A stretch of 64,000 bases of DNA from Asterias rubens (lineage: Eukaryota): assembly GCF_902459465.1 (NCBI RefSeq), contig NC_047068.1, forward strand, positions 14,942,001 through 15,006,000, given 5' to 3'. Positions 1 to 10,249 of this stretch are shown here, piece after piece. Both the position numbers and the translations under genes were made by a program. The notes below the pieces were generated by a model. It was not told the DNA's origin. It worked only from the letters and a program-made list of their open reading frames with translations, and made no database searches. The stretch's first letter is position 1, and each line of letters begins with the position of its first letter.

Positions 1-319
1 AAGTTCTAGCCTGAACATCTGACACAACTACCAAGCATGTCTGACATGTTCCCTTTGTCACCTTTTCTTGGTGTTTTCAAGAGATCTTATGCATTTAAAG
101 TCTTATCAGTATTTTGGGTGTGGTTTTTTTGAAAAGGTTGCAGCCTAAAAATTGCAGAGTTGTAAACCGCAAGACCTCAAAAATATGCCAAATGCAAAGC
201 CATTGTTGCTTGCTTATTTCTTTCCCATTTTCAATTACCATATTGATATACCTTTGCTCTGAGACCACATAAATTCTATACCGAATAAGGATTATGGCAA
301 TCTTTTGGCCGGATTTTTA

Positions 320-600
320 TTAACTCTTTCAGTGCCAAGGTCGTACATGTACGATCTACTGGATGTTTTCTGAAAGCGCCATTATTGTACACACAACCTT
401 TTGTTTGTACTTAAAAAGTGTCATCAATCATTCATGTACGACCATTAATATAATGTTATCGCATTATCACTAAAAAAAAAAATACTATAGACTTTGGGAT
501 GTACCAAGGCAACACAAAATAGCAAGATATATTTTTGTTTGGTTAGAAAGACTTATTTGCTTGTTTGTTATACAAAATTTTGAAAACCAAAAAAAGCTGG
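320..600 (+). mobile_element. piggyBac-like non-autonomous element fragment (second copy 13184-13460)
   Basis: Begins TTAA-CTCTTTCAGTGCC; alignable by eye over ~270 bp with 13184-13460 (TTAA-CTATTTCAGTGCCAAGG...GACTTTGGGATGTA); right end not found. Confidence 0.45.
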
Positions 601-1009
601 ACATTTTAGGTTCAAAATTTTAGGTTCAGCAACAGTTACTGTTGTGCTAGTTAGTAATCTTTATCTTGCTTACAAGCGTTGCAATTCATGGCTGTGATGG
701 GTCAGAACTCAACGCAGTAGTGCTGGTCTATTGTATTGTTGGAAAAGTAGGACATCAATAACACCCAAGGATTTGTGATTGGCCAGAACCTTTCTGTAAT
801 GTTGAAATGCAAACGTTTGATTGGACCAGAGCGTATACCACTCAACCTAATTCCAACCATGCAAGTTTCATGGGATGTAATTTGTAGGCCACTTAGTGTC
901 AATTATATTTCTCAAGGTAGCCTCATGGGAGATTTTATTGGTTGGTTCCAGCCGTCGCTTCTCTAAAGGCAGGTGAACTTGTATCTCTTTAGACCAAAAT
1001 CGATAACAA

Positions 1010-1565
1010 TCAATACTGTTTTAATTTTCTCACGTTGATCTTGTTGAACAGTGAGCCCCGACTTCCGGTAGGTCTCCATAACCCTATAGAAAATATCCAA
1101 GTCTCTGTAAACAACAAAGCAGTCTGAGCTTGTATTGAAACGTGGCAATCTTGTAGAAGCAATTGTGCTCGGGATAAATTTAGCACGGTATTGACAGTCT
1201 GAAATAAAAAAATTACTCATGCAAAAAACAGAATTTGTTATTTCATTAAGACAGCATAAGGGCAGGCACATCGTATCTCTTAGAATTGATATTATTCTTA
1301 GAAACTGTTTTAATTTTCTCAAGTTGATCTTGTTGAACAGTGGGCACGGACTTCCAGTAGGTCTACCTCCTACAGAAACAAAAACAGGTCTCTGTAAACA
1401 CCAAAGTCATCCTTGCTTGTATTGAAACCTGTAGATCTTTTTGAAGCCAATGAAGCGCAGTGTAATAGCTATGGTCTTTGGGGTAAATTTAGCATCGGGT
1501 TCACAGCCTGATATTAAATTCTACTGATGTCAAGAAACAACATTTGTTGTTATTCAATTAAGAGA
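1010..1565. repeat. Diverged direct tandem duplication, unit ~290-310 bp
   Basis: TTAATTTTCTC.GTTGATCTTGTTGAACAGTG at 1021 and 1310; GTCTCTGTAAACA, TTGTATTGAAAC and AAATTTAGCA recur in the same order. Confidence 0.75.
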
Positions 1566-2261
1566 TATATTTTTGTTGCAAACATTGTTGCTTAAATAAT
1601 CATAATAAATAATAATAAACACATCTAATAGGAATACCTTTTTAACAACGAATATTATTACTCAAGAAAACTCAATGGCAAATTCTTTGGGGCTTGGGGG
1701 GGGAGGGGGGTTAGGGAGAAGGTCTTGAAAGTCAGAACTTTAAGTACAACTTATCAAATGTTGAAACTTTGGACAATTCCCAAATACTTCAGTGATTCCC
1801 TGTCTAAACAAAACTACAGAAATGAAAAGAAAGATCTACGAGTTTTGCTTGATTTCCATCACTCAGTTTATTCAACGTCATTGATCACTGGAAACACATT
1901 ATATACCGTATGTACATTATGAACAGCAAACAGCGAACTAGAAATACACTGTTGAAGATGCGCAGTATTTTTCTCTCTACAAGAACAATGTAATATGCCT
2001 TTTATTAATATTAAGCATCATTGTAATTAAAAAACGAGGCTACAGGTGCAGGGCTAAATGGTGACCACTGATATTGTGGCTGTGATTGGTCGAGCTCAAA
2101 AGGGGTGGAGCTTACTGGATCAGTGTTTTGGTGGCACTGTGCCAATAGCTTCGTTTTGAATTACAATGATAACATTATGCCTATTAAGAAATGCGTATTT
2201 GTTACTAGAACTTGACCAATGGTGAGGTGGCAAACTATGGCAACAGCAAAGTTCGCTTCAT

Positions 2262-2532
2262 CCCAGGTCAAAATTCCAGTTGAACCTAGTTAACTGGGGT
2301 CAACTGGTTCAACTGGATATTGATCAAACTCGTCCATTTTCCATATTAACCAACTGGTTTGTACTAGGTTTAACTTTGTTCAACTAGGTTGAAATTATAA
2401 ACCAGTTGGTCTCTGTCCATTTTCGTAATTAAACCAACTGGTTTTAACTGTGTTTAACTAGTTTATCAACTGGTTTCAACTAGTTCCAGTTAAACCCAGT
2501 TTAACTACGTTCAACTGGAATTTCGACCTGGG
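2262..2532. mobile_element. 271-bp MITE with CCCAGG termini and 2-bp TSD (AT)
   Basis: ~40-bp TIRs CCCAGGTCAAAATTCCAGTTGAAC / GTTCAACTGGAATTTCGACCTGGG, flanked AT...AT; same-length copy at 44306-44576. Confidence 0.85.
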
Positions 2533-3432
2533 ATGACTGTAGATCAATCCATTTAGTTGCACTCAGCGTTATTACTAGTTTCAATTTTAAAACATATTTA
2601 CAAATGCAAATGTTTACATTTAAAGCTACTTATCAACTGTAATTTCTATGCAAGGCTGCTTATTTAATGACAATAAAAAGCAGAGAAATTCTCGAAGGTC
2701 TTGCAATTCGTAGCTACTTTTTGTGCTTACTTCAAAGCTTTATGAAGTTGTTTATATCGCCAAACTTGTTTATGAATCAAGCTGGCTTGTGAAATAAAGG
2801 CATCTAGAATCTAGACCCGAACAACAATGCACCTTATTTTTGACAGCGCGAGGGCGCAATAAATAGTATTTTTATTTTTTCGTAGGGTGTACACGATTCG
2901 CCCTGCACAGATTAACAGGCCTTCAGTCACTTTTGTTGCGCCGTAGTTTCAATTTGCTTTTTTAAAGGTGGATTATAACGGCTCCTTAAAAAATCTTATT
3001 GTCCGTGATGGATTAGTTGTCTGTGGTGGTAATGTGTTCCAATCTTTAGTAATTGTTTTTTTGGTATGAATGAATATGCCCCCGGAAGTGATTGGGAGCG
3101 CCCTCACATGGTCAAAAATATGGCCCATAGCCTGAAAAGAAATTTCAAGGGGCTGTGTTGTCATGATCAAAGCAGGCCTGTGGCTGTACATGTATATTAA
3201 TATATGGAATTATCTCACCAAGATCCTGCACACAGTGCCCTTGACCCAATTCACCTGACGTCATCATCAGAATAATCTTGGATGCATCATTTTGGTGGTT
3301 GGTGGTCAATATCACTGTTCATTATTCAGTGAGTGCGCATTTTAGGGGACCCTGCGTTTACAGGTAAACCTATTGATCACCAAAATGGTGAGCGTGGCAC
3401 AGTCATCGCCTGTGACGGGTTCAATAGATTTG

Positions 3433-3614
3433 CAGGCCTGATACATCACGAAGGCAATAAAGGTGATTGCCTCCATGCCCCCTACTGGTCATTGCCTTAG
3501 TGCTTTTGAAATGCCTTGAGCAGTAGAAATTTACATTTTCCTCATAGGGTGCCATTGCCAAAGAAAAAATGCCTGGGTGCCCTTGCCCTTGTATAAATTA
3601 AGCATGCAGGCCTG
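3433..3614. mobile_element. Short CAGGCCTG-bounded interspersed repeat (hAT-like MITE), copy 1
   Basis: Alignable over ~170 bp with 7120-7291 (GATTGCCTCCATG, CTGGTCATTGCCTTAGTGC, TGCCCTT); no TSD verified. Confidence 0.6.
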
Positions 3615-4560
3615 GATTGAATACCGAGGGAGGGCATGTGTGGCGCAGTAACTGGTTGAGATTTCTTATTTCCCTGTGCTCATGATAACACAGCCCCTTT
3701 AAATTCTGTCTCCTGAAAAGCAGTTTCAACAAATAGGTACATTAGAACCTTGCATTTCCATTATTATCTACATTATTATTCGATATGGCTTTTTATAACA
3801 CATAAGCGCAAATCTAATACAATTTATACAATTTGTACAACTTTAAATTTGCAAACTATACAAGAAAATTAATCCACTTTTTTAATAGAAACCTCTACTT
3901 TTATATTCAAATAATCGCCCTTTTTGATCCAATTCACCTAAAGTCATCAACACAATAATATCTCCTGAAGTTGAGCAGAGTAGGCCTATACTGTTCGAAA
4001 TGTCGAGACCAAACCGGCTCTTCTCAGAGCCAACACTCCCTCAAAAGAGATTTTACACATGGTTGTACCCGCAAGTCTACTATTCATATTTATATTTATC
4101 TTCAATTATGAAGATAATTGCTGATAAAAACCTATATTGTGTTGGATATGGGACGCAGAAGCGCTATATTTTTCCATATTCCACTCGCGCTTGTGTGATA
4201 CCTTATTTATCTGCAAGCAAACTTGGCGCTGACATAGAACACACAAGACGCAGGTAGTGATATTAGCCGTGCAATATAGGTTTTTATCACCACTCCATTC
4301 TGCGAATCTGATTGGAGGATTAGCGCGTACTTGAAGATAATAGTCACTCTCACAATAACATTGGTTGGGCAATTTGGGAACCAGTTTTCCTGTGAAGTAC
4401 GTGTTTGTTCATGCTTTTGTCTGTGTGGTACTATAGTGTGTAAAGTTCATCACTGTTGTAACAAAGAGACAAGTGGACTGCTTCAGCCAAATTTTATGGA
4501 GAGAATTTTTTTTATAATTTTTATATACGGTAGTACTTTTTTTCTTTGAACACGAAACAC

Positions 4561-5114
4561 AGAATTAATCAGGCAGTTTTAAATAAATGTACAAGAATTG
4601 TACAATTAATCGAGCAGTTTTAAATAAATGTACAAGAATTGCACAATTAATCGAGCAGTTTTAAATAAATGTACAAGAATTGCACAATTAATCGAGCAGT
4701 TTTAAATAAATGTTCAAGAATCGCACAATTAATCAGGCAGTTTTAAATAAATGCCTAATGTATTTATGTAGTTGTACAAGAATCACACAATTAGCCAGGC
4801 AGTTTGAAGAAAATGTACAAGAATCGCACATCAGGCAATTTTAAGTAAATGCCTAATGTATGTATGTACAAGTAGTTGTACAAGAATTGCACAATTAGCC
4901 AGGCAGTTTGAAGAAAATGTACAAGAATCGCACATCAGGCAATTTGAAGTCAATGCCTAATGTATGTATGTAGTTGTACAAGAATTGCACAATTAAGCAG
5001 GCAGTTTGAAGAAAATGTACAAGAATCGCACAATTAATCAGGCAATTTAAAGTTAATGCCTAATGCATGTATGTAGTTGTACCATGGTTGTACAAGAATC
5101 GCACAATTAATCGC
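4561..5114. repeat. 41-bp minisatellite grading into a ~100-bp higher-order unit
   Basis: CGAGCAGTTTTAAATAAATGTACAAGAATTGCACAATTAAT with period 41 (4611, 4652, 4693); ATGCCTAATG variant recurs about every 100 bp from 4751. Confidence 0.9.
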
Positions 5115-5136
5115 ATTATGAAAAAGATGCACTGTT

Positions 5137-5238
5137 TGGGGTTAGGGGAAAGGTTAGGGTTGGGGTTAAGGGTTAATATAGGGTTAGGGTCAAGGTTTGT
5201 GTTAAAATTAGGGTAAGAGTTAATGTTAGGGTTTAGGT
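5137..5238 (+). repeat. Degenerate telomere-like (TTAGGG) tract
   Basis: Multiple GGTTAGGG/TTAGGGT units, e.g. GGGTTAGGGGAAAGGTTAGGGTTGGGGTTAAGGG and TTAGGGTTTAGGTTAGGGTT. Confidence 0.75.
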
Positions 5239-5277
5239 TAGGGTTGCACTCCCTAACTCTTGGAATTATCAGAAAGA

Positions 5278-6321
5278 TTAAGGAATTTCACGTAATTTCA
5301 TGCTGCTCGTTTTCAGGGGTTCCCTTTTAAAGGTTTCCCACCAAATACCCTGTTCAGCTGAAGATATTGAGCTTATGTCGTGGTATACACCATTTAAGTT
5401 AGAACCCAAACCCAGTGAGCAGTAATTAAACCACCAAGCTCCACGGTGGACTTCCGCACAGTTCTTGTCATGGACATTATCGTTGTCCTTATCCCTAGTT
5501 GTAAATGGCTGGCCAAAGGGCAGAGAGCCACCAGCAGGACCAGTGACTGTACCGAGATTAAGTTTGTAATTCTCACCGATAATCGAAGCATATTGGTACT
5601 TTGCATAAGCTGTTTGACCGTCCCATCCCTCAAGATCTACTCTGAGGTCCCATGACCCTAGAGAGGTCAGGGCCACTAAGATATCATTGCCAAGCCAGTA
5701 CTCACCAGATGGATCACCAAAGCCAGACTTGTACTCGGCCCAGTTGCGGTCAAAGTCTACACTGCCATCCAGTCGCCTCTGAAATACAGTCCATCCCCCA
5801 CCATCAGTCTCCATGTCACAGTATACTTGCAGAGCCTGAGTAGTGCTGCCACCTGGGTAGATGGGATACACTTTACTTTGGGTGTTTCCTGTGTTCAAGA
5901 GCTGCTTACAAGTTCCAAGTTTAGGCAACGGGCTGATCGAATGAGCAGTTGTGGACTCAGTTGATATGTAGTGAGTTGTGTCCTCATCTTCATCAAAGTA
6001 AACACTCCCTTGATCTTCAAGAAAGTCTTGGAGATGCCCAGCTCTTGTTGCATTATTCAGCTCACAGAGTTTCTTACACTCATAGAAGTTGAAAGACTTA
6101 CAGTCCTCATCCATGCTGCAATCTCGTCCACAGATGACATCATTGGCAACAGTTTTCCATTTCTGTACATAGTTTTTGAGGACCTTGTTTTCTGCACTGT
6201 GGTAAAACTGATGTTTTAGCCCACTACACAGACTTCCAAAACTCCTAGCCTGCTTCAACATTAGCAGAGACACCAGTAGACCCACGCAATGAAAATATGT
6301 CATCAAACGTACTTCCCCCAT
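5278..6321 (-). CDS. PAN/apple + fibrinogen-related domain secreted protein, copy 1 (347 aa, minimal stalk)
   Basis: Intronless ORF; first ATG 6321 (alternative 6303); hydrophobic N-terminus; CGRDCSMDEDCKSFNFYECKKLCELN PAN-like motif; FReD motifs VYCDMETDGGGWTVFQRR, EYWLGND, GAWWF, NLNG. Confidence 0.9.
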   Translation of the reverse strand: MGEVRLMTYFHCVGLLVSLLMLKQARSFGSLCSGLKHQFYHSAENKVLKNYVQKWKTVANDVICGRDCSMDEDCKSFNFYECKKLCELNNATRAGHLQDFLEDQGSVYFDEDEDTTHYISTESTTAHSISPLPKLGTCKQLLNTGNTQSKVYPIYPGGSTTQALQVYCDMETDGGGWTVFQRRLDGSVDFDRNWAEYKSGFGDPSGEYWLGNDILVALTSLGSWDLRVDLEGWDGQTAYAKYQYASIIGENYKLNLGTVTGPAGGSLPFGQPFTTRDKDNDNVHDKNCAEVHRGAWWFNYCSLGLGSNLNGVYHDISSISSAEQGIWWETFKREPLKTSSMKLREIP

Positions 6322-7119
6322 TTGGTTTCGATGGTTACAAAGTAAGGAGCAATCTCTCGTAAAGTAGAGAAAAACACACAGTGTAGAGCACAGCGTGAAA
6401 CTGGAACTCTTTAGTAAGATAATGGTCAACCAATTTGAGTAGTAGAGACACTGTACATCTTCATATGAGAGGAGTCATCAAAAATTCAGTGAATAAAAAC
6501 CACGACAACAATTTGCACTTTTTATCTTGTAGAGACCAAACAGTGACCCCACAACAAATACCCAAATCAAATCAAATCTGCAGCTTACTGATTGGTTGAT
6601 GAACTGGAGAGCAGTTGGTGGCACTTGTCCAAAAAGAACCACATTCCTCAACACAACTTGTACATTTTCTTAGGTGTAATTTTAATATGTTTTGCCTTAA
6701 ACCCGTGAAGATACCAGTGCAATAAGCACAGTATATCGCCAGTACTGTTCCGAAGGTGTTTGTGACTAGCTAAACCTTAAAGAGTAGGTGACTGAAATAA
6801 TCCATAATATTTAATTGGATACAATCGATTGACCATGAAGCTCTATTGGCTGTTGTTTCGTGTAAAACTTCCAGTGTTGGTTTGTGATTGAACAGCACCA
6901 GTCGTTATGTAACTATGAACCCAAATATAGGTTACCAGCGCCTGCTACCAGGGTGTGTGATTAAATTACGATTTTAGTTTTAATCTGACCTTGGGCAGAT
7001 TTCACAAAGAGAGCTTGACCTTAACAGCGAGTCGATCTTAATTTCTATTAGCAAAGTGTGATGTCACAATTACACATCACTATACATTGACAACTCATCT
7101 TTAGATCAATCTTAGTGCA

Positions 7120-7291
7120 CCTGATACTTCACGGAGGCAACGAAGGCGATTGCCTCCATGTCCCCTGGTCATTGCCTTAGTGCCCTTGAAATACTCCAGT
7201 AGTAATTTGAAATTTCCTTATCGGGTGCCCTTTACCAAGGAGAAAATACCTTGGTGCACTTGCCCTTTCAAAAATGAAGCATACAGGCCTG
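7120..7291. mobile_element. CAGGCCTG-bounded repeat, copy 2
   Basis: Homologous to 3433-3614. Confidence 0.55.
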
Positions 7292-7830
7292 ACCCCTGTT
7301 TCAAATAGGGAAGCTTCTATCAAAGATTTTAACAAAAATGACCTCCCAATCTTGCCGATCAATATCGGAGTGTTTTTTTTGTTCATTCTTCGCTTACCAT
7401 GAAACCTTTGTGGCAAGCAACTGGGATGAACCTTCATCGGAAACTAAAGTGTACTTGATGAAAAGTAGTTATTGGATTTCGGTTGACAATTACTGAATGC
7501 AGTAATGAAAATTTTCGACGAGATCAGCTGAGTGGAATGGACCATCTTTCAAAGAATTACATGGTCCTATATAGTTCCCATACAAATAAGTTCTTACACT
7601 TTAAATAATTTACAGAATGATTGATGAGGCTAGTTTTGTCAGAGCTTGTCAAAACTATACATCAGCAGGTTTTATTTTAATAAAAGAATAGCAAGTAGAA
7701 TTACCCTGGATGAAATAAAGGATTTAAGTATAAATATAGTGATCATCACAATGAACTCCATCAGTATCACAAAATATCGCAGTGAAAGTCACATTAGATG
7801 CTTTTCATAATATGCAGGAAATTAGAGTTC

Positions 7831-8207
7831 TTAAAGGGAAGGTACACGTTTGGTAATTACTCAAAAACAAATATTCACTTAAAAACTGACTTGGCGAGTA
7901 TTGGGGAGCTGTTGATAGTATAAAACATTTTGAGAATTGGCTCCCTCTGAAGTAGCATAGATTTTGAGAAAGAGGTAATTTCTCACTAAAATAATAAAAG
8001 ACTTCGTCTAGCCAGAAATCTTTTATTCCTATCTGAAAGCACATAAATTCGTCCAACAAAGGTGTTTTTTCTCTCATCATTTCCTCTCAACTTCGATGAC
8101 CAATTTAGCTCAAATTTTCACAGGCTTGTTATTCTATGCTTATGTTGAGATACACCAAATGAGAAGGCTGGTCTTTGACAATTACCAAACATGTACCTTC
8201 CCTTTAA
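7831..8207 (+). mobile_element. TTAA-flanked MITE family A (Kolobok-like termini)
   Basis: TTAA-AGGGAAGGTACACGTTTGGTAATT ... AATTACCAAACATGTACCTTCCCT-TTAA. Confidence 0.85.
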
Positions 8208-8654
8208 GCCACTTGGCCATGACACCCTACAGTAATGGGAGCATTAGTGGTTGCTCTATGCATCCACGGTTTATAAGTGACCACAAAAGGTAAACTTTTA
8301 GTCGATAAGATATGAGGGAAACATTGTCCTGGGTGTACACTAGTGCCCAAATAACGCCTGGTATTAATTTAGTTAATGTACACAATGCCATTTTGTTAAA
8401 ATTGACAGCAGCAAGAGGGCGCTATGTAGGTGGCTCTAATATATACAGACCAGTCAGGTTAAATTTCCTGTGACCGGATGCACAATACAGCATTTCCAGG
8501 CACTTAACGCATGACTAGATCACCGCTCTTGCATTAGTGTTCACCACAGGTAGCTTTTTGGGGGGGGACCTTGAACAGTAATCGGTTGCTGCTTGATTTT
8601 TTTGAAAAGTTGTTTAGTGCTATTTTAGTGGTTCTAAGTTTCGATCGATGAACA

Positions 8655-8897
8655 TTTTCCTTGCGCAGATTGTTAAAGTAAAACAACCAATCAGTGATCC
8701 GTCTTCATTTTTTTCCCCCGTTATTTACATTTCTGATAATAATCTCTCAGAAAGAGCATCTGTGAAAAGTTTCAGATTGGATTGATGACCATTTCCTCAG
8801 TACAGAATGTTAAAGTAAACCAACCAATCAGTGATCCATCTACATTATTTTTACTGATATTTACGTTTTTCATAATCTTTCAGAAAGAGCATCTGTT
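8655..8897. repeat. Diverged tandem duplication, period ~137 bp, each unit with ACCAATCAG
   Basis: GTTAAAGTAAA.CAACCAATCAGTGATCC at 8672 and 8809; CAGAAAGAGCATCTGT in both units. Confidence 0.7.
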
Positions 8898-9118
8898 GAA
8901 ATGACAGCTAGATTAGTTACTCAGACTCTTCGGTACTGTAGATCCATATATCATTCATATACTGAGTAGCATGCAATTCTTGTCACGTACTAATCGGTGT
9001 ATCGGTAAAAGCAAATGTCTTCATTCCGTTGCAATTGTTACATCAATTAAATATATCATTCATCAAAGTTTAATGCTGTATGGTATATTTTCAAATGGAT
9101 AATAATTGAGTTTTTTTT

Positions 9119-9305
9119 AATAAAGGAACGAGTTGGTCGCTATAAAGCGTTTGAAACCGTTTTTTTATGAAATGCATATGGTTAGATAGATAATTAATTT
9201 AAAAGTAGAATATGATGAGCCACACAAACATGCCTCGAAATCGCAAGGTTTTCCTTTAAATATCGCGAACAAACACGGTCGGCCATCTTGTGGAGTAAAA
9301 ATGTA
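9119..9305 (+). mobile_element. Partial TTAA-AGGAAC MITE related to 51111-51425
   Basis: Shares GAGTTGGTC, AAAGCGTTTGAAACCGTTT, GGTTTTCCTTT and AAACACGGTC with the 51111 element. Confidence 0.55.
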
Positions 9306-9536
9306 TTGCACAAGGACAGCATTGGTAAAAGAACAGTATCAACGCTTGATGTGACCCAACAAAGACATTAAATGAAAAATAGCAAAAGTTTAAGCTCAAC
9401 CATTCGTTGGAGTCACAAGCAAACTGTGAAAATCCCAATTACATGTTTTCAAACATCTGGTTTTGAACTCTCTAGATCAAAACTAATCGTTTTACTAAAT
9501 TCTCTCAATCCGGGACCTATAACAAAAGAGGACAAT

Positions 9537-10249
9537 AGACCGATTGCGCTACCAACGTTTACATGTGATCACGTGACCTATAGTGGGTATAGAAAAACAC
9601 AGCTACACAGTAAAGACATGGGAAAACTCGATTTACCATAAATGGCTGCATTTTCATTAAATAACACTTTTAACTAAAAACATAGCCCTTTTTATAAAGT
9701 TGATTATTGTGACATTGATTTAAATCACTTTTGCTGTTTGATGTTCCCAGTATTCTACTACAAAAGAGGTTTCCTTTGAGAGTATGGTTAGACTACGTAA
9801 ATTACTGAGGTTTGAGCGAGCTCCAGGCCGTGGATTTTGTGTTGTGCATGGCGTGAAGTTGGGCTGTGATAAGGGAGATCGCAAATATTTTGAGGATGAA
9901 TATAAAGGGATTTGCAGCTTCATAATGAGATTTTTATTGAAAATATTGGCAGGAAAATCATTAAAATGAGGGCAGTGTAAAACCACACTTTCCTTGTGAT
10001 GATTTGGAATTATCTATTTGGTGGAACTGTGTTTACCCATTACTGGCATTGTTCAGCCACCGATAAGGTCTCATGTGACAAACTCCTGAGTATTCTTCAG
10101 TGATTTCGAGAATTAAGTATTTTTTTTGAGCCAAAAAATTGCAACAGTAATCATGTCTTTTTAATGCACATTTATATGCAATGCGCCGTGTTTTTTTTTA
10201 CATCCAATACCCACTATAAGTCAACTGACGCACGGAGCGCAATCGGTCT
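9537..10249. mobile_element. 713-bp MITE with AGACCGATTGCGCT TIRs and AT TSD
   Basis: AT-AGACCGATTGCGCT ... AGCGCAATCGGTCT-AT; subterminal TATAGTGGGTAT / ATACCCACTATA also inverted. Confidence 0.8.

Noticed and set aside
4561-5114. Possible CRISPR array
   Set aside because: Contiguous tandem units with no unique spacers, eukaryotic context, no cas genes
6322-6429. ORF-track N-terminal extensions of FReD copies 1, 3 and 4 (6429, 19039, 26478)
   Set aside because: They start at TTG or GTG; the downstream ATGs give signal peptides that align with paralogues
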